Source of the DNA: Macrostomum lignano
Taxonomy: Eukaryota
Assembly (NCBI GenBank): GCA_002269645.1
Contig: NIVC01000033.1
Location: 733,335-797,334 of the forward strand
Direction of reading: 5' to 3'
DNA length: 64,000 nucleotides
Shown here: in pieces, positions 19,814 through 30,595 of the stretch
Position numbering within the stretch: position 1 is the stretch's first letter
Layout: each line of letters opens with the position of its first letter
Notes under the pieces: model-generated
Database searches by the model: none
The model's input: only the letters and a program-made list of their open reading frames with translations
What the model was told of the DNA's origin: nothing
Made by a program: the position numbers and the translations under genes

Positions 19814-20860
19814 TTGCTCGCTTTCCCGGCACACGCTTTCTGCTGCCACATCCGCTTTTCTCCGTTTTCAGGTCGCCAGACTGCGCCAGACCACCTCAGC
19901 CACCGAGCCCGTGAACTACTCGGTTCCTCCTACGCGGCCCGCTCGAAAAGCGCCATCAGCTCACACGTGCGGTCCTGGCGCGCGTACTGCTCAGCCAAGG
20001 GACTCGACCCCGCCGGGTGTACTGTGTCCACGCTGCTAAACTACCTGGCTGGCCTCACGGGCACGCGCCTGCGAGCCTACAGTAGCATTCGCGGTCACGT
20101 CAGCTCGCTTTCACTGTGGTTTCGGCTGAACGGCGCTCAGGACCTGACAAAGCATACCCTCACCCAGCATCTGCTGCGGGGCTGCAAGCGAGCGCTGGGG
20201 CTTCAGGTCAACCAGAAGCTACCAATGTCTCCGTCGGTGCTGCAAAAGCTTTGGTCTCTGGTTGACAAGGGCGACAATCGGCAACTGGCCTGCTGGGCGG
20301 TCACCATCACTGCCTGGTGGGGAATGCTGCGAAAATCATCACTCCTTCTATCGTCGCCTCAGTTGGGTAGTGGGATGAACGTGCAGAATCTGACACCTCA
20401 CCGTTGCGGCCTCCTCTTAAGCGTGGACTTTGGCAAGACTATTCAGTTCCGTGATCGAGTCCACCACGTCCTGCTTCCGAAGTTCCCCGCCTGCCCCGCG
20501 CTCTGCCCGGTAGTGGCGATTCGCCGACATCTGTGTGTCAACAAGCTGGCGATGGCCGAGGCGCCACTCTGGTCCTTCATCGATCGCAATGGACAGCGGC
20601 GCCATCTAGCTGCTCGGGACTTGGACCGGTTTCTTGACTCTAAGCTGCAGAGGGCTGGGTGTGGCGGCAAGCTCTACTCGGCTCACAGCCTGCGTCGAGG
20701 TGGAGCCACCTGGGCAGCTCGCATGGGCCTGCCGGTGGCGGAGATCCAGCGGATCGGCGACTGGAAGAGTTCGGCGGTGGAGCGCTACTTGCCCCGCTCG
20801 GGTGTTGCCACTGCTGCGGCCTCTCTGCATTTTTCTTCCGCCCTTAGTGCTCATTTTTGA
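19814..20860 (+). CDS. Tyrosine recombinase
   Basis: GMLRKSS, KT, HSLRRGGAT, GDWKS..V.RY. Confidence 0.93.
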   Translation: MLAFPAHAFCCHIRFSPFSGRQTAPDHLSHRARELLGSSYAARSKSAISSHVRSWRAYCSAKGLDPAGCTVSTLLNYLAGLTGTRLRAYSSIRGHVSSLSLWFRLNGAQDLTKHTLTQHLLRGCKRALGLQVNQKLPMSPSVLQKLWSLVDKGDNRQLACWAVTITAWWGMLRKSSLLLSSPQLGSGMNVQNLTPHRCGLLLSVDFGKTIQFRDRVHHVLLPKFPACPALCPVVAIRRHLCVNKLAMAEAPLWSFIDRNGQRRHLAARDLDRFLDSKLQRAGCGGKLYSAHSLRRGGATWAARMGLPVAEIQRIGDWKSSAVERYLPRSGVATAAASLHFSSALSAHF

Positions 20861-21809
20861 CGGTGGTCTTCCCGCTGATTTGTTTTTTGCTCAATGCCTA
20901 GCTGCTGCTCTTATCCCCCGTTGTGTTTGGCTTTGGAGGCCTGCTTCGTTTCTGTGCCAAGTTCGTGTTTTAATTGCCTTTGTTGCTGGAAGCACTAATG
21001 GACTGGTTTGTGCGGCGAAAGTGCACAAACCGGCTTTAGTGCCCAGCGCGTTGATTGTACATCGCCGCCTGCCCCCCCTTGGGTGGCAGGGGTGTTTTTA
21101 AACCCCCGTCGCGCTCTACTGGCGGCTCACTTTGCCTTCTCGCAGTGAATTTTTTTTTCTTTTTCGTGTTAAGTTTGCTTTAAGCCAAATATACTCGTAG
21201 ATTGAAGTTCGAAACACTTTTTTATTGACGGAGGCCTGCTTCGTTTCTGTGCCAAGTTCGTGTTTTAATTGCCTTTGTTGCTGGAAGCACTAATGCTCTG
21301 ATTCTGTCAGGGATGGTATGGATGGATTTAATAGGATTATGTTCGAAGTTTTCGGAGCAAGTGCGACCCCTCCCCTTTATCAAGATTCTGTCAGGGATAA
21401 TATGGATGGATTTAGGTGGATTATGGAGGACGTTTTCGGAGCGAGTGCGACCCCCCTTTTTTTCTGATTCTGTCAGGGATAATATGGATGGATTTAGGTG
21501 GATTATGGAGGACGTGAAAAATTTTGTCCCAAAAGCCCCCTCATGCCTTCTACTAGGCTGGGTGCGACGTCAACCTGCAGGACAAAAGTCAGGTGCGTTT
21601 TTTTTACGCCTGAAATGTTGGTTGTTTATAAAGTTCAAATTCGCACCAACCTCTCCGCACTCTGCACTCTGCACTACGCAGCAAAGCACGACTCTGCAGG
21701 CAGTTGCGTTCGCCTTCTTCTGGATAGCGGGGCCAGAATGCTGGAGAACTGCACTGGGGAGCTGCCGCTTGACCTCGCAGCTACCAGCGGAAACGAATCT
21801 GCGATAGAA

Positions 21810-23080
21810 GTCTTCCTGGCCCCTGATCAGTGAGAATCTTCATGATGTGTTCCTGGCGTGGCTGATCAGTCAGTGTCTTCATGATGTGTTCCTGGCGTGG
21901 CTGATCAGTCAGTGTCTTCATGATGTGTTCCTGGCGTGGCTGATCGGTGAGAGTCTTCATGATGTGTTCCTGGCGTGGCTGATCAGTCAGTGTCTTCATG
22001 ATGTGTTCCTGGCGTGGCTGATCGGTGAGAGTCTTCATGATGTGTTCCTGGCGTGGCTGATCAGTCAGTGTCTTCATGATGTGTTCCTGGCGTGGCTGAT
22101 CGGTGAGAGTCTTCATGATGTGTTCCTGGCGTGGCTGATCAGTCAGTGTCTTCATGATGTGTTCCTGGCGTGGCTGATCAGTGAGAGTCTTCATGATGTG
22201 TTCCTGGCGTGGCTGATCAGTGAGAGTCTTCATGATGTGTTCCTGGCGTGGCTGATCAGTCAGTGTCGTCATGATGTGTTCCTGGCGTGGCTGATCAGTC
22301 AGTGTCTTCATGATGTGTTCCTGGCGTGGCTAATCAGTCAGTGTCGTCATGATGTGTTCCTGGCGTGGCTGATCAGTCAGTGTCTTCATGATGTGTTCCT
22401 GGCGTGGCTAATCAGTCAGTGTCTTCATGATGTGTTCCTGGCGTGGCTAATCAGTCAGTGTCTTCATGATGTGTTCCTGGCGTGGCTGATCAGTCAGTGT
22501 CTTCATGATGTGTTCCTGGCGTGGCTGATCAGTCAGTGTCTTCATGATGTGTTCCTGGCGTGGCTGATCGGTGAGAGTCTTCATGATGTGTTCCTGGCGT
22601 GGCTGATCGGTGAGAGTCTTCATGATGTGTTCCTGGCGTGGCTGATCGGTGAGAGTCTTCATGATGTGTTCCTGGCGTGGCTGATCGGTGAGAGTCTTCA
22701 TGATGTGTTCCTGGCGTGGCTGATCGGTGAGAGTCTTCATGATGTGTTCCTTGCGTGGCTGATCGGTGAGAGTCTTCATGATGTGTTCCTGCGTGGCTGA
22801 TCGGTGAGAGTCTTCATGATGTGTTCCTGCGTGGCTGATCGGTGAGAGTCTTCATGATGTGTTCCTGGCGTGGCTGATCGGTGAGAGTCTTCATGATGTG
22901 TTCCTGCGTGGCTGATCGGTGAGAGTCTTCATGATGTATTCCTGCGTGGCTGATCAGTCAGTGTCTTCATGATGTATTCCTGCGTGGCTGATCAGTCAGT
23001 GTCTTCATGATGTATTCCTGCGTGGCTGATCAGTCAGTGTCTTCATGATGTATTCCTGCGTGGCTGATCGGTGAGTGTCT
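21810..23080 (+). repeat. 39/38-bp minisatellite, ~32 copies, starting at a TRPA exon donor
   Basis: CTTCATGATGTGTTCCTGGCGTGGCTGATC(AGTCAGTGT/GGTGAGAGT) units. Confidence 0.97.
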
Positions 23081-24708
23081 TTAAGGAAAGGTCCTGGCAC
23101 CTGATGTGTATTTCTGATGTAACAGTTTTTCATAATCAACTGTTGCAATTCTAGCTTCGATAAGTTCAAATCGTTCAGACGAAGCAACGGAGCGACTCTT
23201 TTCGACGTGCTAATCGAGAGCGCTCCACAGCACGCCATGGTGAGTCCATTGTGTTCCAACTGTGTTGCTGATAGCCACCACAAATTGCTTGGTAATCAGC
23301 ACATTCTTTTTCAATTTTAGAAAGTGCTTGATAACTCCGTGATGAAGTCCAAGCGCGGAACTTTGGACAAGGATTTCTCTGTGAGCGATTCATTCATTTA
23401 ATAATTAAAATTCATGCATGTAAAAAGGTCATACATGTAAATCTACCATTGTCATTTCCCCCAATATAAATGGGTCACCCTGGACTTCCAAGCACTCCAC
23501 CCGGGACCCTACGACCTGGCGTCCAGCTCAACTTACTACTGGGCCACCAAGACTATGGCGGACTGCATGCGGCACGACCTGCTCACCCACCCAGTCACAG
23601 CCGTGCTCACGCTCCGCAAATGGTAGATCATTTCGATATAAATACTGAAATGAGAAATTTTATACCATTTTTGTAGGCTGAGGAACCCATTTTATCTAGA
23701 AATAAGCTTGCTGCGACCGTACGGAGCAGAAAAGGCTGTCGAAACACAGATAATTTTTGTTTCGGTCATCATTATTGAGTTATTCGATGGTTGCAAAATA
23801 TTTGCTGCTGGTGACTGTGCAATCGGACGTTTCGTCGCCTTTCTGTTGACGCCGGTGTCCGGTGTCGCTGCTTTGCGAACTTGACAGCGCGTATTTGAGG
23901 CTTTAGTCTGGGATTGTCGCTAAAAATTCGGGAATGTTGCGCGACGACTTTCTTAGGAAATAGGGGGAATTAGCGGGTAATTAGATTCTGTCGTTCTAGT
24001 TTCTAAGCACGCTCACTCCCAAGTTTTGCGCTTCCTAGAGACACCTAGACAGTTGAAATAGACTCTTGCTTTCAAGCAAGAACTGCAATTTTTAATAGCA
24101 CCGGCCCCAACATGGACCGTTGAAGCTTCACTATCAATGTGTAGAAATTCTAAAACCAACCATTAACTGTTTTAGGCGCACTTTCGGTCGTTACTACTTC
24201 CTAGTAGACATGCTGCTCTACCTGCTGTTTGTGGTCGCTAACACGGCTTTTATTTTGGACCAGCAGCCGCCACGAGCTGACGAACTCAATCCCGTCACGC
24301 TCTGTCTCAATTCTTCCGAAGTAAGACTGACATTTTTTGTAACAAGGGCTAGTGCCTAGAGGTTAGCTGTGTATCAGGACGTAGCAGTCACAAATACCTG
24401 GGAGCGCTGTGGGCCCATGGATGAGGGAATATCATAGATTGCTCATCTGAGCAATGTCTGTGGCCCGACCTACCACCAACCTTGGGAGTCTCCCTCTTCA
24501 ATTATACCTCGTATCTATTCCTTCATCCATGATTGGGCCATGAATACTAGTAAAGATGGGAGGGTGATAGACAACTAGTGACAGGCCATAGACAACTAAA
24601 CAGCTGGCTGCAAAAGAACCAAAGTACTTTATTTAATGCCTACCAGCAAGTCCCACATGATCCACATGAGAATGATGAGGTTACGTAATAAAGCAACAGC
24701 AACTTCTT

Positions 24709-24973
24709 GAGGCCCCATGAATGAAAAATATAACTGGATCGCCAGAAGCTCGATTTTTTTGGTCCTAGCCATAGACAAGCACCAGCATCACAAGAAGCTG
24801 CAAACCTTTATTTATAAGTATTCTATTTTATGTCCAAGCACATGCTCGCAATATATGCAGGGTGAAAGTACGGCATTCTGAGCTTCTTGTGATGCTGGTG
24901 CTTGTCTATGGCTAGGACCAAAAAATCGAGCTTCTGGCGATCCAGTTATATTATTCATCCATGTGAGGCCCTC
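24709..24973. mobile_element. Palindromic MITE-like element (~90-bp inverted arms)
   Basis: ATATAACTGGATCGCCAGAAGCTCG...CAAGAAGCT is inverted at ~24880-24965. Confidence 0.7.
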
Positions 24974-25419
24974 GAATGTTTCGTTTTGATGTTGCGAAAT
25001 TTCTAATAAAAATCACCCACTTTCAGACTGGCGAGCGCAGGGCGTTGGAAATTCAAAGGCTTGTGTTAGAAAAATATTTGGTGTTCATTATGATGTGCCT
25101 CCGACTCCTAGTGGAGATCGCCAAGCTCTTCTCCAAGGTAGGAATTAGCTGGACTGTTTTAAAAAATGTCCATGTTGTTGTCCATGATCTAAGCTAATCG
25201 CCATGCAACCGCGCTACTTTAGGGCTACCGGTACTTTCTGAAATACGAGACCTACTTATACCTGGCGCTGATCGGCACAACTGCCGTCTTCATGTGGCCT
25301 CCAAACTACGAGCCGTGCCTGCTGAACTGGGCCTGCGGTGTGTTCTCCATCGCGCTCACCTGGGGCGTCTTCCTGTTCCAGATGCAGAAGTGAATTTACG
25401 ACTTTTTATGAATTTACGA

Positions 25420-26215
25420 TTCGATCCCATGTGTAGTAAGGATTCGATCCCAGATATAGTAAGGATTCGATCCCAGGTGTAGTAAAGATTCAATCCCAGG
25501 TATAGTAAGGATTCGATCCCAGGTATAGTAAGGATTCGATCCCAGGTGTAACCCCAGGTATAGTAAGGATTCGATCCCAGGTGTAACCCCAGGTATAGTA
25601 AGGATTCGATCCCAGGTGTAACCCCAGGTATAGTAAGGATTCGATCCCAGGTGTAACCCCAGGTATAGTAAGGATTCGATCCCAGGTATAGTAAGGATTC
25701 GATCCCAGGTATAGTAAGGATTCGATCCCAGGTGTAACCCCAGGTATAGTAAGGATTCGATCCCAGGTGTAACCCCAGGTATAGTAAGGATTCGATCCCA
25801 GGTGTAACCCCAGGTATAGTAAGGATTCGATCCCAGGTGTAACCCCAGGTATAGTAAGGATTCGATCCCAGGTATAGTAAGGATTCGATCCCAGGTATAG
25901 TAAGGATTCGATCCCAGGTATAGTAAGGATTCGATCCCAGGTATAGTAAGGATTCGATCCCAGGTATAGTAAGGATTCGATCCCAGGTATAGTAAGGATT
26001 CGATCCCAGGTATAGTAAGGATTCGATCCCAGGTATAGTAAGGATTCGATCCCAGGTATAGTAAGGATTCGATCCCAGGTGTAACCCCAGGTATAGTAAG
26101 GATTCGATCCCAGGTATAGTAAGGATTCGATCCCAGGTGTAATCCCAGGTATAGTAAGGATTCGATCCCAGGTATAGTAAGGATTCGATCCCAGCTATAG
26201 TAAGGATTCGATCTC
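25420..26215 (+). repeat. 23-bp minisatellite (TAGTAAGGATTCGATCCCAGGTA) with a 12-bp insert variant, intronic
   Basis: Seen directly. Confidence 0.97.
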
Positions 26216-26904
26216 GAGTTGCAGGGAATCGATATGAGGGTAGCGATTCAATACGAGGTAGGTTAATAGTTTGATATAGGTGTTGTAGGATTCGATCTTG
26301 GGACCGCAATACGCCTGTCCCGTCTCATTCCAGTCTTCCGTACGCAGGAATTTACGCCTTGATGTTCGAAGACGTCGTGAAGACTCTTCTAAGGGCGCTG
26401 AGCGTTTTCTTTTTCCTGCTGATGGGGTTTTCGCTGTCCTTCTACATCTCCAACCGCTCAATGGAGCCGTTCAGGTAAGACCCGAGTGTCAACAGGACTA
26501 ATTGGGCCACCGAGTAATCATTTTAAAATTGACTTTCAGAACCTTCGACAAGTCATTTTTGAAGACATTCGACATGTCACTGGGCGAATACGAGTACGTG
26601 AGCTACTTCCAGTCGATCAACGGCATCTTCAAACAGTACGCGCAGACCATCTCCGTATTCTTCGCCATCATTGCGTCCGTGGCTCTCATCAACCTTCTGG
26701 TGAGTAAATTACACTGCATCCGGTTGCCCGCATAGTTCTGGCAATAAAATATATTATCCCCTGCCACTCGAATTCGAAGGTCGGTCTGGCCGTGGGTGAC
26801 ATTGAGACGATACGGCGCAGCTCATCCACTAAGCTCATTGCTGTTCGAGTAAGTAGAATTCGAACTGGTCCAATGGGTGCAGTAATGTATTGTAATTGTA
26901 TAAT

Positions 26905-27188
26905 TGATTACGCCTGCCCTAATGGGCCAGATGTGCAACCGACAGCTCAGCCGCAGCTATTGCGCGGCGCATCTGAAGGCTGCGTACGGCTGTTCAGTCC
27001 AAGGACTGGGGATCGCCACACACCCTCAATTGCCCCAGCTAATGCTGGCAACTTATTTTACAGCTGGGTGAACTGAAGCAATGCAGAATTGTGTCTTTCT
27101 CAAGGACACAAATTGTTTCAGTGAGACCAGGAATCGAATCCCCTACCTTCAAGTCGCGAGTTCGACTGTCTAACCACTAGGCTACAAC
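26905..27188 (-). mobile_element. tRNA-derived SINE
   Basis: Minus-strand head TAGCCTAGTGGTTAG (A box) and GATTCGATTCC (B box-like); AT-rich tail; second copy at 47960-48235. Confidence 0.75.
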
Positions 27189-28539
27189 CCTTCCATATCG
27201 GTCCAGAAAGGTTCTTGAACGTGTTCGATGCCTTAAGGCACCCCGTCTGTGAAAGAGAATGCTGTTTGGTCACTCACGCGACATGGACAACTTGATTTTC
27301 TGAGAAATGAGCTGGAAGTCGGTATTTGTGATCGATATTTGTGATATCGCTGGTGCATTCATACGGGTCTTCTCTGGAGAATGCGTAGCACTGGATGGGT
27401 TTTTGCCATAGACAATTTAGATAGAGAAAAATCTGCGCTAGAAAATCCAGTTCGATTCGATTTAATAAAAGCGTACGTTCCTTACCGGCTACAGTTCTGA
27501 GAAAACCATGTAGCATCCTTCTACATGACTTTGGTCATTCATCGTCTACGTATGTCAGGTTTTCTTGTCACTCAAGAGTTTTAAAGCAATCATCTGTCAG
27601 TTTTTAATCGAAAATTAGGCCTCAAGTAAAACTTTCTAGAAATTTTCCTAAATAATATGATTCCAATGAAATTAACTGTGCATTTGCTTCCGTATGCGTC
27701 ACACAGGTGCAGTTGATAAACGAAATGCAGTCAATATTTCCTCGCTGGCTGCAGAAGAGGCTGCACCAGAACACGATGAAGCTTTACCCGAACAAGAGAA
27801 GACAGCGAAGCGAACTCGTCAGCTGGTTGCTCAACAGCGCATATGAGCAGGCTTACGTTAAGGCCGAGCTCAGGATGATCGGTCGGAGTCGGGAAGACCA
27901 ATTTTCGGCTGAACTTCCAAGTTAGCGACCGGCAGCCACAAAAGTTTACAGTTGTGAAGGAATGAAACAGCTATGGGAATTATATTTGACTTCAATGCCT
28001 AAACTTATATTTTGTGTAGCGTAAAACATTCATTATTAGCTCGTATCTTTGTTCACGGTTGATTGTTTGTTTACTTTTACACTTGGTGAATCAGGTTTAC
28101 GGCTCGCTCTTGTTGTGTCTTTATCGTGCTTCAGTTTGCACTCGTAGCTTATGCTCAGTGTGCTTCATTAGCAAATTTACAATGCTGTGAACTTTTATGG
28201 CGTGATAAAAACTGTCCTCAATTAATGCTCTGATGAGTAATGCCTCGTCTTGCTGCGTAACTCAATCTCCCACGTCGTACAACGAAATCGGTGGCCTCTC
28301 GTTTCAGACCTCATTGTTTGGGCTTGAAGGCTGCTATTGACTCCATCCATTGAAACCCTCTTGAAAATAGTATGAAAATAATGACCAGACTGAATAAACC
28401 CTTGTCCACCAGCTAAAACTCTTAAAAAATTTTCAGAAGTACCATAATTGAAGCTTGTAACTTGAAATTACCAGCTACATATTAGATAATGGTCAGTGGG
28501 GATTTTAAATTGTTTTACATGTAGTCGCTCTCTCCCGCT

Positions 28540-29100
28540 CCCTCCGTGGCCTCTCTGCTCCCTCAGTGGCCCCTCTGCTCCCTCAGTGGCCCCTCTGCTC
28601 CCTCAGTGGCCCCTCTGCTCCCTCAGTGGCCCCTCTGCTCCCTCAGTGGCCTCTCCGCTCCCTCAGAGGCCTCTCCGCTCCCTCAGTGGCCTCTCCGCTC
28701 CCTCAGTGGCCTCTCCGCTCCCTCAGTGGCCTCTCCGCTCCCTCAGTGGCCTCTCCGCTTACTCAGTGGCCTCTCCGCTCCCTCAGTGGCCTCTCCGCTT
28801 ACTCAGTGGCCTCTCCGCTCCCTCAGTGGCCTCTCCGCTTCCTCAGTGGCCTCTCCGCTCCCTCAGTGGCCTCTCCGCTTACTCAGTGGCCTCTCCGCTC
28901 CCTCAGTGGCCTCTCCGCTTCCTCAGTGGCCTCTCCGCTCCCTCAGTGGCCTCTCCGCTTCCTCAGTGGCCTCTCCGCTCCCTCAGTGGCCTCTCCGCTT
29001 CCTCAGTGGCCTCTCCGCTTCCTCAGTGGCCTCTCCGCTTCCTCAGTGGCCCTTTGACTCCCCCAGTCCTTGAGAATCTGCCTCTCCGCTCCCTCAGTCC
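28540..29100 (+). repeat. 20-bp minisatellite (CTCTCCGCTCCCTCAGTGGC), ~26 copies
   Basis: Seen directly. Confidence 0.97.
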
Positions 29101-29860
29101 TTGCGAATCTGCCTCTTCGCTGCTTCAGTGCAGGGCAGTTACAAATCAATAGAACTACGAGTATATAGATGATTTTCTTTCAGAAGCAGATGCAATAAAT
29201 TAAATTAATAATGCCAGATGACAAGATTACAAAGGTAACAGTTGATTCAAAGTCAAACGAGCTGTCGGAACAAGCAGGCAGTCACTGTGTAAAGCATTTA
29301 TGATTTGCAGAGAAACCATATTTAGTAAACGGGAAAAATTAAAAGTTTGATTTCTGTGCTAATTGAACTCGAAATATTGCAAGCCTGGGTTTCATTTTAG
29401 CTGATCGAGCGCAGTATTTTCGAGTCAACCAATAATAATTAAAAATATTGAGGCCTTTGATATGGGCTGGCCAGCTAAGAGCTCATAAACCATTTGCGAA
29501 TGGCCGACAGTTATCAAAGCAGCTAGCTTCTAGAGTGCAGATAGCGTGAAAGAACATTGTGTACTTGAATAGGCAATGGTATGGCTTGACTTTACTGACA
29601 GAAAAAGCAATATTGGCGCAAAGATTTCAGAACTGCGACGCCAAAAAGCCAGCAGTAAAGTTTATCTGACAGTATTTAAGTAGTAGTTAAGCCAGTAGTT
29701 AAGTAGTAGTATGGCAGTAGCATTAAAGGGATTAGAAAGAAAGTTTTGATGTTGCTGGCTAAACCCAAAGCCATCTGTATTGTGGAATTTGAGCAGTTAA
29801 AACACATTGAGCAGTCTTATAATCTACAGGAAAAGCGGGCGTCAATCTGGATTGATCGGC

Positions 29861-30595
29861 TCAGCACTCCGGTGCGTGGATGATGCCGATCCGAGCCTTC
29901 TTGTACAGGTAGTAGGTCCGCGCCAGGTCGTGATCTGCTACGAACGCCGACAAGGGCGCCAAGATGGCGCTGGCGCCCTGCTCGGCCGCGATGCTCAGCA
30001 GGCTGTCGGTGAACTCGCGTCCGAACGCGTGGATGAAGCGAAACGAGCGCGGCCCGGCGCCGGTTTTGCTGCGCTCGCGCAGGCGCCGAACCAGGCGCAC
30101 TTCCTGAAAGCGGTTGCAGGTAGTTGTAGCTTTTAGTTCATCTGGATGGGTTGCAGGCTTATGAAAAGTCTGCGATGAAAAATTGAAACCCACAATCACC
30201 TGTTTCACAGACGCTTCCAGCTGTCGCTCCATCTGCAACTCCATGCTGATGTCGTCCTCCAGCGGGCTGACTGCCATGGTTGCGTTGGACGACTCCTCGC
30301 TGCTCGACGTGGACGCCGCAGATGACGACGCGCTGCCTCCGCGACGAAACGACGCCGCCGATTCTGCCGCCTTCCTCGCCGGCTTCCGGCTGACAGCTGC
30401 GGCTGGAGGACAGTCGGGGATGAGGAGGCGCACCAGGACCAGGCGGTCCCCGGCTGAGCTGATGTTGGCCGTGTACCAGTCCAGCAGCTGCATGGTTTCG
30501 TCGAGGTCGTCCGTGATGGGAGCGACGATCACCCGCCCGCTCGTGCTCGGTCCGCCGACCTGAGCAGCCTCGATTGCGTTGGAAACCGTTGCCAT
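29861..30595 (-). CDS. Universal stress protein (USP)-like host gene, probably two exons (intron 30104-30199)
   Basis: RVIVAP.D...LLDWY..N....GDRLVLV and C-terminal LLSIAAEQGASAIL; in-frame GT-AG intron; Ser-rich insertion. Confidence 0.5.
   Translation of the reverse strand: MATVSNAIEAAQVGGPSTSGRVIVAPITDDLDETMQLLDWYTANISSAGDRLVLVRLLIPDCPPAAAVSRKPARKAAESAASFRRGGSASSSAASTSSSEESSNATMAVSPLEDDISMELQMERQLEASVKQVIVGFNFSSQTFHKPATHPDELKATTTCNRFQEVRLVRRLRERSKTGAGPRSFRFIHAFGREFTDSLLSIAAEQGASAILAPLSAFVADHDLARTYYLYKKARIGIIHAPEC

Larger units (their letters stand above)
16970..21295 (+). mobile_element. Ngaro-type (split direct repeat) tyrosine-recombinase retrotransposon nested in the E1 right TIR
   Basis: A1 16970-17129, B1 20935-21000, A2 20998-21157, B2 21230-21295; gag, RT/RNaseH and YR ORFs; no TSD; shared ATG core at both junctions. 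Confidence 0.95.
1452..21554. mobile_element. Polinton/Maverick (adintovirus-like) element E1, ~15.8 kb without the nested insertion
   Basis: Termini AGTAGAAGGCATGAGGGGG...CCCCCTCATGCCTTCTACT, 6-bp TSD AGGCTG (1446-1451, 21555-21560), and a pPolB/integrase/protease/ATPase/capsid gene set. Confidence 0.96.
21555..27925 (+). pseudogene. TRPA: TRPA-like ion channel gene, 3' part (exons ~21561-21592, ~21634-21829, 23155-23239, 23321-23380, 23471-23622, 24176-24320, 25027-25137, 25223-25389, 26334-26474, 26540-26699, 26780-26848, 27707-27925)
   Basis: The frame resumes after the TSD as (LLEA)GCDVNLQDK. Spliced exons give RHDLLTHPVTAVLTLRKW, six hydrophobic helices, pore KTFDMSLGEYEY, S6 SVALINLL|VGLAVGDI and FPRWLQK...LYPNK, all matching TRPA hallmarks. 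Splice phases are consistent from 21829 onward; the 21592/21634 junction is uncertain. Confidence 0.88.

Noticed and set aside
21781-22800. Long repetitive ORFs (176, 317 and 110 aa)
   Set aside because: Read-through of a 39-bp minisatellite within a TRPA intron; the frame breaks in later 38-bp units.
25356-26309. 317-aa repetitive ORF; array superficially CRISPR-like
   Set aside because: Tandem 23/35-bp units without unique spacers, in a eukaryotic intron, with no cas genes.
28496-29152. Three overlapping Pro/Ser/Leu-rich ORFs
   Set aside because: 20-bp minisatellite that happens to be open in all frames.
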